Below, in pieces: positions 1-9,450 of a stretch of 64,000 nucleotides of DNA. The stretch lies in IMG/VR virus record IMGVR_UViG_3300048855_000167, positions 9,951 through 73,950 of that record, one strand, 5' to 3'. Numbering within the stretch: position 1 is the first letter of the stretch; each line of letters opens with the position of its first letter. The position numbers and the translations under genes were made by a program. Below the pieces are notes generated by a model. That model was given only the letters and a program-made list of their open reading frames with translations. It had not been told where the DNA came from and searched no databases. This DNA is from a virus (lineage: Duplodnaviria; Caudoviricetes).

Positions 1-228
1 CACCAGATCGGCCGGCAGATCGATCTTCTCGACAAGGACCGGACGCCGCAGGACGAGCGCGCCTACGAGGAAGGCCTTGCCGCCGGCAAGCTTCGCAAGA
101 GCGCGAGCAATCCCTATCAGCCTGGCTCGGAAGAATTCCAGCGTTGGCAGGAAGGCATGAACGAAGGCACCGCCTGGATCAATGCCGAAACTGACAAGGC
201 CGTCAACGGCGAGCAGGCGCCGGACTGA
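1..228 (+). CDS. Phage protein, 3' part only (5'-truncated by window)
   Basis: Frame +1 open from base 1 to TGA at 226-228 (HQIGRQIDLL...YEEGLAAG...NPY...WQEG...). Confidence 0.7.
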   Translation, partial: HQIGRQIDLLDKDRTPQDERAYEEGLAAGKLRKSASNPYQPGSEEFQRWQEGMNEGTAWINAETDKAVNGEQAPD

Positions 229-251
229 GACCACCTGCAGACCACCGACTA

Positions 252-278
252 CCCCGGCAACAATGCCCCAAATGGAGA
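252..278 (+). promoter_or_regulatory. Start-associated hairpin motif, copy 1 (CCCC GGCA ACAA TGCC N6 GGAGA)
   Basis: Read directly; matches eight minus-strand copies between 9.1 and 22.0 kb. Confidence 0.75.
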
Positions 279-284
279 AAACCA

Positions 285-470
285 ATGGAAAAGACATTCC
301 AATTCGAGCTCGACGACAAGGTCAGGCTCGAGCTCAGCAACGAGACCGGCATGATCATCGGCCGCGCCGAATTCACCACCAAAGATCCCCAATACCTCGT
401 TCGTTACAAGGCTGCCGACGGTCGCCTGGTCGAAACGTGGTGGGATGAGGACGCGATCCTCGCGGCCTGA
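285..470 (+). CDS. Small hypothetical phage protein
   Basis: 61-aa ORF with GGAGA Shine-Dalgarno. Confidence 0.8.
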   Translation: MEKTFQFELDDKVRLELSNETGMIIGRAEFTTKDPQYLVRYKAADGRLVETWWDEDAILAA

Positions 471-478
471 CCCGTGTC

Positions 479-859
479 ATGGCCTACCGCCTCTCACGCT
501 ACCAGCAAGCAAGGCTGGATGCCGCATTCGCACGAGCTGATCGCGAGTCGGCGCTGAGGAAGCAGGACGGGCGCTGCAAGTACTGCCTCTGCAAACTCAC
601 CTACAAAAACGTCACCCGGGACCACGTTGTTTCCCGGGCGACAGGTGGCCTCGACCACCGAAACAACATCGTCGCGGCCTGTCTCCGGTGCAACCGGCTC
701 AAGGGGTCGATGTCGGTCAAGCTGTTCTTGCGTCTGATAACTCACCCGCTGCCAGGCGAGCACTTGGTCTACCGGATGATCTGGTTCGACCGTCGGCTCA
801 ACATCGCGCTCGATGAAATGGAAGCAAATGTATTTCGGGCTGTGGGGATTAAGCGTTGA
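479..859 (+). CDS. HNH endonuclease
   Basis: CKYC...TRDHVV...GG...NIVAACLRCNRLKG, an HNH/zinc motif pattern. Confidence 0.9.
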   Translation: MAYRLSRYQQARLDAAFARADRESALRKQDGRCKYCLCKLTYKNVTRDHVVSRATGGLDHRNNIVAACLRCNRLKGSMSVKLFLRLITHPLPGEHLVYRMIWFDRRLNIALDEMEANVFRAVGIKR

Positions 860-1428
860 GCTCCTGGTTTTTCGATCCGCTGTTGCCGCTCTTCTACGAG
901 CTCATCTCGATCGACGCGCCGTGGGGCTTTGATCTCTACAGTGAAGAGGGCGCTCGCAAGAGCGCTCTCGCGAAATACGACCTGATGACGGACCAGCAAA
1001 TCCTGGACCTCCCTGTCGGAAAGTTAGCCTCGATGAACTGCCTGCTCTACTGCTGGGCTACCGCGCCGCAGCTCCCGCTCGCGATCGAATGCGTGAAGAG
1101 GTGGGGCTTCGAATACAAGTCCGTCATGATGTGGCGGAAGACCACCGCTAAGGGCAAGGTCCGCATGGGGACCGGCTATCGCGTCCGAACCACCGGCGAG
1201 CTCGTCGTCGTCGCCACGCTCGGCAACCCAAAGCAGACCTTCATACCGCAAACAATATTCGACGGCGTAGCGCGCGAGCACAGCCGCAAGCCGGAGGAAT
1301 TCTATCAGCTCTGCGACCGTGTGATGCCGCATGCCCGCCGGGCCGACGTCTTCTCCCGGGAGAGGCGCCCGGGGTGGCACAACTTCGGAAACGAGTCCTC
1401 GAAATTCAACGTCGAGGTGGCAGCATGA
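856..1428 (+). CDS. MT-A70 family DNA N6-adenine methyltransferase
   Basis: IDAPW (DPPW-like) motif, LYCWAT, WGFEYKS, HSRKPEEFY, DVFSRERRPGWHNFGNE. Confidence 0.9.
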   Translation: MSSWFFDPLLPLFYELISIDAPWGFDLYSEEGARKSALAKYDLMTDQQILDLPVGKLASMNCLLYCWATAPQLPLAIECVKRWGFEYKSVMMWRKTTAKGKVRMGTGYRVRTTGELVVVATLGNPKQTFIPQTIFDGVAREHSRKPEEFYQLCDRVMPHARRADVFSRERRPGWHNFGNESSKFNVEVAA

Positions 1429-2069
1429 AAAGCGCGGCCATTTTCCTCTGCGACACGACCGGGAATATGGCGCGGCCGTGGGCCGAGGCCGGCGTGGAAT
1501 GCTACTGCGTCGATATCCAGAACGGGTTCAAGCGCAGCAAGGCGATCGGCAACATCCATTTTGTGTGGGGTGATGTCCGCAGCTGGACGCCCCCGCGCCG
1601 CAAGATCCTGTTCGTTGCGGCATTCCCGCCGTGCACGCACGTCGCCAACAGCGGCAGCCAGCATTTCGAGCAGAAGGGTGGCGTGATGCTGCGCGACGCG
1701 CTCGAGGTCTTCGAGGCGTGCCGTATGGCAGCCGCGTGGTCGGGCGCCCCATACTGCATCGAGAACCCCAAGGGGTTCCTGTCGAACGTGCCGCACATCG
1801 GCAAGCCTGACTACATGTTCCACCCGTGGCAGTTCGCCGGGTTCCACAGCGCCGATCACTACACCAAGGAAACCCATCTCTGGACCGGCAATGGCTTCGT
1901 CATGCCGCTTCACCGGCCTGACTACGAGAACCCGACGCCTCCGGACAATCGCATCCACCTGGCGGCCGCCTCCGGTGCCCGCGGCGATGCCCGAAGCAAG
2001 ACGCCGATCGGCTTCTCCCGTGCCGTGTTCGAAGCCAACGCGCCAGCATCAATCAGGAGAGCAGCATGA
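1425..2069 (+). CDS. Short phage C5-cytosine DNA methyltransferase-like protein
   Basis: ATGA overlap with upstream stop; FLCDTTGNMARPW (motif I-like), FPPCTH catalytic PC, IENPKG. Confidence 0.8.
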   Translation: MKSAAIFLCDTTGNMARPWAEAGVECYCVDIQNGFKRSKAIGNIHFVWGDVRSWTPPRRKILFVAAFPPCTHVANSGSQHFEQKGGVMLRDALEVFEACRMAAAWSGAPYCIENPKGFLSNVPHIGKPDYMFHPWQFAGFHSADHYTKETHLWTGNGFVMPLHRPDYENPTPPDNRIHLAAASGARGDARSKTPIGFSRAVFEANAPASIRRAA

Positions 2070-2665
2070 ACTACGATCCCAAGGGTGCTCCCGGTTCATA
2101 TTTCGTCTTCGATCCAGGTCGGACCACGGGCTTCGCATATTGCCTCGCCGGTGGCGAGCGGATGCGGAGCGGCACCTGGCGCTTCAAGCAAGAGTCGCCG
2201 GGCGCAGCCTATGCCGAGTTCGTCGGATACCTGAAACGAATGTTGACGGGTCTGCCAGATCCGCTGGTCGGCATCGAACTGATGACCGTCGTCGACCATG
2301 GCGAAAACGGGAAGTCGGCGATCGACGCGCAGCAGGTGATGTTCTCGTCGGGCTGGCCGACCCATGCGCAGACGCTTTGCCACACTATGGGCCTTCGCGA
2401 GCCGCAACTGATCGCCATCTCAACCTGGCGTTCGAAGACGCACCGCAAGATGCGGGTGCCGGACAGCATGAAGAATTTCAAGCAGGCCGATAAATCGAAG
2501 TGGCTGAAGCAGCAGGCCAAGGACTACTGCGACCGGCAGGGGTGGGGCTACAACTCGGAAGACGAGGCGGAAGCGCTCTGCATGCTCGACGCTCTGCGCA
2601 TGATGCACGAGCCGTCATACGCCTTCGACAAGGGCGCGTCCTACCAGCAGGAGTCGTTCCTGTGA
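2066..2665 (+). CDS. RuvC-like Holliday junction resolvase/nuclease
   Basis: N-terminal FDPGRTTGFA, acidic GIEL, C-terminal DEAEAL. Confidence 0.7.
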   Translation: MNYDPKGAPGSYFVFDPGRTTGFAYCLAGGERMRSGTWRFKQESPGAAYAEFVGYLKRMLTGLPDPLVGIELMTVVDHGENGKSAIDAQQVMFSSGWPTHAQTLCHTMGLREPQLIAISTWRSKTHRKMRVPDSMKNFKQADKSKWLKQQAKDYCDRQGWGYNSEDEAEALCMLDALRMMHEPSYAFDKGASYQQESFL

Positions 2666-2988
2666 CCGGTCGCATTCCGTGCATCAACCCCTGCTGCAAG
2701 CGCACGGCCTCGGCTGAGAAATACAGCTGCGAGATCATTTGCGGGAAGTGCTTCCGCAATCTGCCGGTCGAGATGCGCAACACGCACCGCTTCTACTGGC
2801 GCCAGCTCCGCAAATGGGAGCGCCGCGTCACCAAGACCACCGACGAACTGAAGCGCGAGCGCATGAAGTCGGTCCGCGACATGTGGTCGGACAAGATCGC
2901 CCGCCATTGGGACGAGCAGATCAAGGCGACCTTCAGCAGCGAGAAGCCCGAAGGCATCGACGCCTTCCTCGAAGAGATGGGCCTGTAA
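2662..2988 (+). CDS. Hypothetical protein with zinc-finger-like N-terminus
   Basis: GTGA-coupled start; CINPCC...CGKC. Confidence 0.7.
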   Translation: MTGRIPCINPCCKRTASAEKYSCEIICGKCFRNLPVEMRNTHRFYWRQLRKWERRVTKTTDELKRERMKSVRDMWSDKIARHWDEQIKATFSSEKPEGIDAFLEEMGL

Positions 2989-4085
2989 TGCGTTTCACAG
3001 ATCAGTTTCTCGACGACCTCCGCGAGCGCGTCTCAATCTCCGATGTAGTCGGTACCCGTGTGACATGGGAGCGGGCCAAGACCCGGCCGCAGCGCGGCGA
3101 CTATTGGGGGTGCTGCCCGTTCCATGGCGAGTCGCGCCCGTCCTTCCACTGCGAGGATAAGAAGGGCCGGTACCACTGCTTCGGGTGCGGCGCGTCCGGC
3201 AACCACTTCAAATTCTTCATGGATCTGGATGGCGTGACGTTCCCGCGCGCCGTCGAAATCGTGGCCTCGTTGGCTGGCGTCAGCCTACCGGGATCGGAAG
3301 AGACTCCAGCTGAAAAGCGGGAGCGCATGAAGCGAGAGGCGGACCGCAAGCGCCGCAACGAGCAGAAGGAAGCTGACGACCGCCGGGAGCAGGAGCGCAA
3401 GGCGGAGTCGGTGCGCTCCATTTGGGAGGGAGGCGTCGCGATCGCCGGCACGCTGGCGGAAACATACCTCCGCGCCCGATCGATTGAGGTGGCCGACTTC
3501 CCCGCGGGGACAGTCTGGATGCCGAGCCTTCGGTTTCACTCGCGCCTCAAGTTGGGGAACGAGCGGCATCCGGCGCTGATCGGCGGGGTGCAGAGCAAGA
3601 GCCGGAAGCTGGTCGCCGTGTGGCGCATCTTCCTCGGTCCGGACGGCAAGGCGATCACCGATGACGAAGGCAAGAAGGTGAAGCTCGGCTTCGGTCCGGC
3701 GACCGGCGGAGCGGTGCGGCTTGGCCCGGTGACGGAGACGCTGCGCCTCACGGAAGGCATCGAGACCGGGCTCGGCGTCATGCTGCTGACCAAGCCGAAC
3801 GCCTCGACGTGGGCCACGCTTTCCACCTCCGGAATGATGAATTTCGAAATTCCCAACGGCGTGAAGCGCCTCGAGATCTACGCGGATGGCGATCGCCACC
3901 GCCTCAATAACAAGACGGGCGACCTGATGGAGCCGCCCGGAATCATCGCGGCGAAGAAACTCCAGGAACGTGCAAGGCAAGAAGGCGTCGAGGCGGTCGT
4001 ACACCCGTCGCCTGAACCTGACGACTGGCTGGACGTATGGGTTCAAAGGAAGAAAGATGAGCAACGCATCTCCCACTATCGGTAA
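2988..4085 (+). CDS. DNA primase (CHC2 zinc finger + TOPRIM)
   Basis: TAATG coupling; CCPFHGESRPSF...YHCFGCG; TEGIETG and ADGD TOPRIM motifs. Confidence 0.9.
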   Translation: MRFTDQFLDDLRERVSISDVVGTRVTWERAKTRPQRGDYWGCCPFHGESRPSFHCEDKKGRYHCFGCGASGNHFKFFMDLDGVTFPRAVEIVASLAGVSLPGSEETPAEKRERMKREADRKRRNEQKEADDRREQERKAESVRSIWEGGVAIAGTLAETYLRARSIEVADFPAGTVWMPSLRFHSRLKLGNERHPALIGGVQSKSRKLVAVWRIFLGPDGKAITDDEGKKVKLGFGPATGGAVRLGPVTETLRLTEGIETGLGVMLLTKPNASTWATLSTSGMMNFEIPNGVKRLEIYADGDRHRLNNKTGDLMEPPGIIAAKKLQERARQEGVEAVVHPSPEPDDWLDVWVQRKKDEQRISHYR

Positions 4086-5472
4086 CCTCAAGCTCGAGCA
4101 GTTGGTGCTCGGCTGCATCCTCCTCAACGAGGAGAACTACTGGCACGTCTCTGAAATTCTGACGATCGAGCTGTTTGCTTCGGAAGACCACCAGAAGATC
4201 TTTGCCATCATCCACGAGCTGGCGTGCGACGGCCGCGCTATCCGCGTTCCGATCGTCGCCGGCCGCATCGGCAGCCTCAGCGAGGACAAAGATCCGGAAG
4301 CCTATGTGTCGATGCTGCTGCATGTGGCATCGCGCGAGGAAGGTATCCCGCTGCAGGACTACGCCTATGAACTGCGCTCGTCGGCGACTAGGCGCAAGGT
4401 GATCGCGCTCGCCGAGAGCATGATCAAGACGGCAAACGACCTGAAGTATGACCCCGACCAGATCGTCGACCGGGCATCGGAACGCCTGGCTGATATCTCC
4501 CGGGCGTCGGCAATCGAGCATGAGTCGACCGTGTCCAGCACCATCGGGCAGGTGGTGAAGATGGCGGGCGACAGCAGCAGCTCAATGGCAATCCGCCCCT
4601 GCCTCAATGGTCTGGAGAAGATGATCGGATCGCTTGCAACAGGCTCTCTTGTCCTATGGGGCGGGGCGCCAGGGTCCGGCAAGACGGCGATGGCGATGCA
4701 GCAGATGCTGTTCTCCAGCGTTATCCATCCGACATCGTTGTTCGAGCTGGAGATGGATAACCGGTCTCTGGTGGTGCGCTCGGTCGCTGGTGAAACCGGC
4801 GTCTCCATGCGCGACATCATGCGCGGCCTGAACGATGACCAGTTCGAGGCGCTGGTAGCAGCACAGCGCTCGTTCGCGAACCGCAAGCTGAACATCGTTG
4901 CCCCGTCGAAGATGACGATCCAACAGATCCGCAGCCGGGCCTATGCGCACAAACGAAAGTTCGGCCTGGATCTTCTTGCGGTCGACCACCTGAAGCTGGT
5001 GGACCGACCGAGCAAGACGCGCATGGACCCGGTCGAGCGCGCCTATGAAAACGCCCGCGACCTCAAGGCCCTCGCGAAGGATCTCAATTGCTGCGTCATC
5101 GGGCTCTGCCAGTTCACCAAGGCGGCGCGTCAGAAGGAACAGCCGGAGCCTGAGATGGAAGACTTCTATGGCGGCTCGCTCGAAGAGCACGCAGACCTGA
5201 TGCTCGCCAACTTCAATCGAAACGACTGGCATAAGCGCAATCCGCCGATGACCAACAAAGGCAACCTAAAGGAGGAATGGGACCGCAAGGTGCAGAGCAC
5301 GGCGGGAAAGATCGAAGTCTACAAATTGAAGGACCGCTTCGGATCTCCACGCGATCGCCACATCTTCGATTGGGATGGGAAGATCACGCAATTCAAGGAC
5401 CAAGTTTTCGAAACGCAGACCTCGTTCCTCTCGCAGGACGAGCGTGAGTTCGACCTGGGAGCAACCGCATGA
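4057..5472 (+). CDS. dnaB: DnaB-like replicative helicase
   Basis: EQLVLGCIL N-domain, Walker A GAPGSGKT, VDHLKL, LKALAKDLNCCVIGLCQF, EEHAD. Confidence 0.9.
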   Translation: MSNASPTIGNLKLEQLVLGCILLNEENYWHVSEILTIELFASEDHQKIFAIIHELACDGRAIRVPIVAGRIGSLSEDKDPEAYVSMLLHVASREEGIPLQDYAYELRSSATRRKVIALAESMIKTANDLKYDPDQIVDRASERLADISRASAIEHESTVSSTIGQVVKMAGDSSSSMAIRPCLNGLEKMIGSLATGSLVLWGGAPGSGKTAMAMQQMLFSSVIHPTSLFELEMDNRSLVVRSVAGETGVSMRDIMRGLNDDQFEALVAAQRSFANRKLNIVAPSKMTIQQIRSRAYAHKRKFGLDLLAVDHLKLVDRPSKTRMDPVERAYENARDLKALAKDLNCCVIGLCQFTKAARQKEQPEPEMEDFYGGSLEEHADLMLANFNRNDWHKRNPPMTNKGNLKEEWDRKVQSTAGKIEVYKLKDRFGSPRDRHIFDWDGKITQFKDQVFETQTSFLSQDEREFDLGATA

Positions 5473-5921
5473 ACGACTTTTCTTACGAGCTTGAAACCGT
5501 TGCCACCGTCGGCACTTTCGCGAAGCTTCGGACATCGAGGGACGGGGAGCTCAAGCCCATCCTCGAAAGGGGCGGCCGGCCAAAAATCTACAAGAGCAGG
5601 ACCGAGGCAATCCAAGATCTGCTCGACCACATCGTCGCCTACGTCAACGGCCGCCTGGTCCGTGATGGCGAAATAGCCGGCGAGACGGGAGCAGAAGCGG
5701 AGTCGGTATTCAAGGCGCCGCTCCGGCAGAAGGGGAAAACACGGGTGATAACCGTAGCTTACAAGGGGCGAGGCAATGGGGAAGACAAAGCACAGCGACA
5801 GCAGCATCTACGTGGTGTGGGTTCTATGGCTGATCGGGATGTCGGAGAAGAAGATCGGCCTCGTCGCTTCGAAGGGCGGCAAGCAGGTGGCCGGCATCGT
5901 CTCTCGCTCCCCCTACGCTAA
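5469..5921 (+). CDS. Hypothetical phage protein
   Basis: ATGA-coupled to the helicase; 3' end overlaps the next gene by about 146 bp, so the end is uncertain. Confidence 0.6.
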   Translation: MNDFSYELETVATVGTFAKLRTSRDGELKPILERGGRPKIYKSRTEAIQDLLDHIVAYVNGRLVRDGEIAGETGAEAESVFKAPLRQKGKTRVITVAYKGRGNGEDKAQRQQHLRGVGSMADRDVGEEDRPRRFEGRQAGGRHRLSLPLR

Positions 5922-6081
5922 CCGATCGGCGATGAGTGACGACCAAAGGCAGAAAGCGCTCGACGAACTGGCATCGGTGCGGATCGGCGAGGACGGGAAG
6001 AAGATGGACGGCGGCATCCTCGACCGCATTCCAATGAAGATCATTCCGCTGCAGGGGCGGCAGCTGAAAAGGAGCAAATGA
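5776..6081 (+). CDS. Hypothetical phage protein
   Basis: 101-aa ORF, upstream GAGG. Confidence 0.65.
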   Translation: MGKTKHSDSSIYVVWVLWLIGMSEKKIGLVASKGGKQVAGIVSRSPYANRSAMSDDQRQKALDELASVRIGEDGKKMDGGILDRIPMKIIPLQGRQLKRSK

Positions 6082-6082
6082 A

Positions 6083-6904
6083 GTGGCTACCGGACAAGGC
6101 ATTCTCGAAAGACTGAAGCGCGCGAGGGAGATGCCGCCGGCCGACACTAAGGCCGGAGTCCTTCCGCTCGTCGCCTTCTATGGCCGCGATCCGCAGCAGG
6201 AGGAATTGCGCAACCGCTTCTACGCCGCAATGGAACGGGCGATGGCATTCCGAGAGGACGACTTCCCGGACCAGATGGGCGGCGGAAAGAAACCGCACTG
6301 GACATTGGTCGACCTTCGCGATGCGATCGCGGTGGTCAATGCCAATTCCAGCCCGATCGAGTTCCTGGTATCGCGCGGGGAGATGCAGACGGGCAGGGAT
6401 CTCGAGGGGATGGGTGGTGTTCGCTTCCACACTGCACTTCGCCTGCGCGATCTCATCGACGGGGGCAGGGTGAACGGCATGAAGTCGCCGAACCTCGAGG
6501 GTGGCGGCGGAGGGGGCGGCAAGTCGGCCGACATCCGCGGCTATCAGCTCGACTGCATCAAGCTCCTCGGCCGGGTGAAGGCCGACATGCCGGAGCAATG
6601 GATATTCCCCATGCTCGAGTCGGTAGTGTTCATGGATGAATGGATGGACCTTTGGCCGGTGAACGACGGTCCGGTAGCAAGGAGGGAGGCGCTGAGGAAG
6701 CGGCGGCTGAAGACAATTCAGGCCCTCCACTTCGCTCTCGATCGAGCAAGCCTTAGCCTGGGGTACATGCAGGAGAATGATTTCAGGCAGCGGTGGGGTC
6801 TTGACGCACCAGCCCAGCCTTACGCAGCTCGTCGTCATACTCAGGCGTCCACGGCTTCAAACCAGCTCGGACTGCTGACATCGCGAGGCGCTCGGAAACG
6901 GTGA
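6083..6904 (+). CDS. Hypothetical protein, last gene of the replication operon (possible transcriptional regulator by position only)
   Basis: 273-aa ORF with Gly run; position analogous to Q-like genes. Confidence 0.65.
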   Translation: MATGQGILERLKRAREMPPADTKAGVLPLVAFYGRDPQQEELRNRFYAAMERAMAFREDDFPDQMGGGKKPHWTLVDLRDAIAVVNANSSPIEFLVSRGEMQTGRDLEGMGGVRFHTALRLRDLIDGGRVNGMKSPNLEGGGGGGGKSADIRGYQLDCIKLLGRVKADMPEQWIFPMLESVVFMDEWMDLWPVNDGPVARREALRKRRLKTIQALHFALDRASLSLGYMQENDFRQRWGLDAPAQPYAARRHTQASTASNQLGLLTSRGARKR

Positions 6905-7043
6905 GCTCTCGCTTGCCGGTGGAGATCAGGCTGGCAGTGTTGCTGCCAGTGATCCCCATCAGCTCCGCGGCCTGGCTGATTTGCCGGCCGTTGAAGCCGA
7001 GCCGGGCAACCCATACCCTGAAGTCATTGATTGCAGTCTTCAT
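6783..7043 (-). CDS. Small HTH DNA-binding protein
   Basis: GGAGG Shine-Dalgarno; ISQAAELMGITGSNTASLISTGKR HTH-like. Confidence 0.75.
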   Translation of the reverse strand: MKTAINDFRVWVARLGFNGRQISQAAELMGITGSNTASLISTGKRELTVSERLAMSAVRAGLKPWTPEYDDELRKAGLVRQDPTAA

Positions 7044-7513
7044 GTTTCCTCCTGCATGTCCTGAGTAATCTTCTCGGCGACATCGAAGTTGGCCTTGTTC
7101 ATCGCCAACAGCTTCGCAAGAACGTGGACGGAGTGCGGGATGTCCTGCTCTCCGTCCAACCATTTCATGACCCTGCTTTGCGGCACGCCGACCAGCTCGG
7201 CGAAGTAGGTGGGGGTCGTATTCATCTCGTCAATGAGCACAGCCAGCTCGGCGCCGGTCAGCCGGATGTAGCCGCCGGCCTTCCTGGTATCGATCGTGCG
7301 GCTTTCGTAGAGGCGGATGACCGCCTCCATCGCCGCAATTTCCGCCATCCGCTCGTCGTCGAAGGTGCGGACGCCGTTGTCGTCTCGTACCAAGTCAGGG
7401 ATCAGCCCGGGTAAGGCGAACTGGCCGGCGAACCGGCCGTTGCGGGGTAATGCCTTGGCTATAAGGCGGGAGGCAGGCTTGATGCTCATGGTGATCCCTG
7501 TGTTCTGCAGCAT
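7040..7513 (-). CDS. XRE-like HTH protein
   Basis: C-terminal TPTYFAELVGVPQSRVMKWLDGEQDIP. Confidence 0.75.
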   Translation of the reverse strand: MLQNTGITMSIKPASRLIAKALPRNGRFAGQFALPGLIPDLVRDDNGVRTFDDERMAEIAAMEAVIRLYESRTIDTRKAGGYIRLTGAELAVLIDEMNTTPTYFAELVGVPQSRVMKWLDGEQDIPHSVHVLAKLLAMNKANFDVAEKITQDMQEET

Positions 7514-7525
7514 GTCTGCTTTCTC

Positions 7526-9145
7526 TTAATCTATTTTAGGCCAAGTCGGCCAATCGTATCGGTCACGCTTCTTGCCGTTTTTGCTGACGGTGATGAAGCC
7601 GGTATTCACATGCGTCCCGACCGACGAGAACGAGTTAGGCGGGAGATCTTCCCACCGTGCGCCCATATCCTCCATCAGCTGGCGGAACGCGACCGACTTG
7701 TGTGTCTGTCGGAACTCGGTGCCGGCCGACATGATGGCGATCAACTTCCCGTCGGGCTTGAGGAAATTCAGGGCGTGGACGACATGGTCAATGTCCCGCT
7801 CCCGATCGAAGGGTGGGTTCATGACCACCAGGTCGTACAGCCCGGTGGTCTCTGGCTCGATCGACATGAAGTCCGCATTGAAGACGCGGCCAAGCTTCCT
7901 GGCTTTCAGATCCAGGATCAGGTGCGGCTGGATCTCGATGCAGTCGACGACGTGGTCGACGCGGTACCGCTCCTGGTCCCAGCTCTTTTCGTAGTCGGGG
8001 TAGCACGCGACGGCGAGGTTGCCGGTACCCGCAGACGGCTCCAGGATCTTCAGGCGATCGCTCTCTTTCGAGCGGTGCCAGACGGGAGAGTTGCGGAGGA
8101 TACGCTGCGCAGCGGCCGCCGGGGTAGGGTAGAAGCCGAAGTAGCGGGCAGGTGCCGTCTTCGCCTTCTCCGGGGAAAGCGGATCGTCGTCCACCTTGCG
8201 GCCATCGGCCAGCACTTCGCCATAGTATTCGCCGATCAGCTTGTTCACCTTGGCGACGAGAGCCTTCCGCGTAAACCATAGGTGAGCGTTGCCGTTCTTG
8301 AATATGCGGACCTTGAAATACTCGGTCTCAACTTCGGTCTGGCGAGCGCCGGTCTGACCGTGGCGGGCCAGGTCGATCTCGCCGATGGTCTTAGTGAAGT
8401 AGTCGGCGGGCCGCTTCTGGCGCCGGGCTGCTTCATTTTCCTCGTCCTGCTTGCGAACCTCGTTCAGCTTGCCGTCAAGGATGGTAAACGTCCGCTCGAT
8501 ATCGATCAGCGTGGAGCGCTCGTCCTTGTGGGAGCTCCAGTTCCAACTGCCGTAATCATTGAAGCAGCGGGTGAGAATCACGCGGGCTCCAACCTTGAAC
8601 CCGTCGTGCGATCTGAAGCGACGGTCGAGCTTGGCGAAGGCGTTCGCCATGCCGCGCCGGAAGATCATGTCGGCGTCCATCATGAACTGCTCGAGCGTCG
8701 CGAGGACGTTTTCGACGGTCACCGGCGGCATGCCCTTGGCGGCCTGCTCCTCGGTGATCAACTGACCGGGCTCGGTCGGCTCTTCGATGATGTGGGACAT
8801 CTGCTCGCGCAGCTGATCCTTCGCCTGTCGATCCATCAGGTGCTCGAGCTCGGTGTGGCTGACCACCCATGCCCACACATTCAAGTCGATGATGTGCCGC
8901 TTCTCCCGCATGTAGTCGTCGAGGGGCGAGCGGCTGATCGGGTGGAGCGCGCGCCGAGTGTCGACCTCATACGCCGCGTTGTAAGCGTTGGTGCGGGGGA
9001 AGGCGCGCTTCGCCATGTCGATCGCTGCGAGCTCGGCCTCGTGAGCCTCTTCGATCTTGGCGTGGGCGATTTCGAATAACTCGAGCGCCTTGTCCCGATA
9101 GGCGACGATCTGCTCGACCGTGTTGCGGGGCACAACTGCGTTCAT
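7526..9145 (-). CDS. DUF4942-domain N6-adenine DNA methyltransferase
   Basis: GFYPTP, ILEPSAGTGNL, VMNPPF motifs; N-half with FKIGARVIL-like and RIFKNGNAHLWF DUF4942 signature; GGAGA Shine-Dalgarno before ATG at 9145. Confidence 0.9.
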   Translation of the reverse strand: MNAVVPRNTVEQIVAYRDKALELFEIAHAKIEEAHEAELAAIDMAKRAFPRTNAYNAAYEVDTRRALHPISRSPLDDYMREKRHIIDLNVWAWVVSHTELEHLMDRQAKDQLREQMSHIIEEPTEPGQLITEEQAAKGMPPVTVENVLATLEQFMMDADMIFRRGMANAFAKLDRRFRSHDGFKVGARVILTRCFNDYGSWNWSSHKDERSTLIDIERTFTILDGKLNEVRKQDEENEAARRQKRPADYFTKTIGEIDLARHGQTGARQTEVETEYFKVRIFKNGNAHLWFTRKALVAKVNKLIGEYYGEVLADGRKVDDDPLSPEKAKTAPARYFGFYPTPAAAAQRILRNSPVWHRSKESDRLKILEPSAGTGNLAVACYPDYEKSWDQERYRVDHVVDCIEIQPHLILDLKARKLGRVFNADFMSIEPETTGLYDLVVMNPPFDRERDIDHVVHALNFLKPDGKLIAIMSAGTEFRQTHKSVAFRQLMEDMGARWEDLPPNSFSSVGTHVNTGFITVSKNGKKRDRYDWPTWPKID

Positions 9146-9150
9146 GCTGG

Positions 9151-9177
9151 TCTCCTGTAGTGCCATGCTTGGCGGGG
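9151..9177 (-). promoter_or_regulatory. Start-associated hairpin motif, copy 2 (CCCC GCCA AGCA TGGC N6 GGAGA)
   Basis: Read directly, upstream of the DUF4942 methyltransferase. Confidence 0.8.
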
Positions 9178-9208
9178 TGGTGGTAAGGTCGCGCGAGGAG
9201 GCGCGACG

Positions 9209-9415
9209 ATGGTGCAATGCGAGGATTGCCGAGATGCGGGATGGGTGTGCGAGGCTCACCCGACAAAGCCCTGGACCGGGACGCACGGGTGCGGGTGCGG
9301 CGCAGCTGGAATGCCATGCCCGCATTGTTCTCAGGATCTTGCTTGGGACAAGCCGCCGGACACGTCGAAGATCTTTAGATCCGTGACGCACTTAGCCGGC
9401 AAGAAGGTGAATTGA
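9209..9415 (+). CDS. Small Cys-rich (zinc-binding) protein
   Basis: GGAGG Shine-Dalgarno; CEDC..WVCEAH...CGCG..GMPCPHC. Confidence 0.7.
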   Translation: MVQCEDCRDAGWVCEAHPTKPWTGTHGCGCGAAGMPCPHCSQDLAWDKPPDTSKIFRSVTHLAGKKVN

Positions 9416-9450
9416 CCTCCGTCAGTGTGGACGGCCGGTCGGGCTATTCG

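Noticed and set aside
6078-6116. ATGA-coupled 12-codon ORF just before the GTG start of 6083-6904, suggesting a frameshift
   Set aside because: The GTG start is adequate; this cannot be decided without homologues
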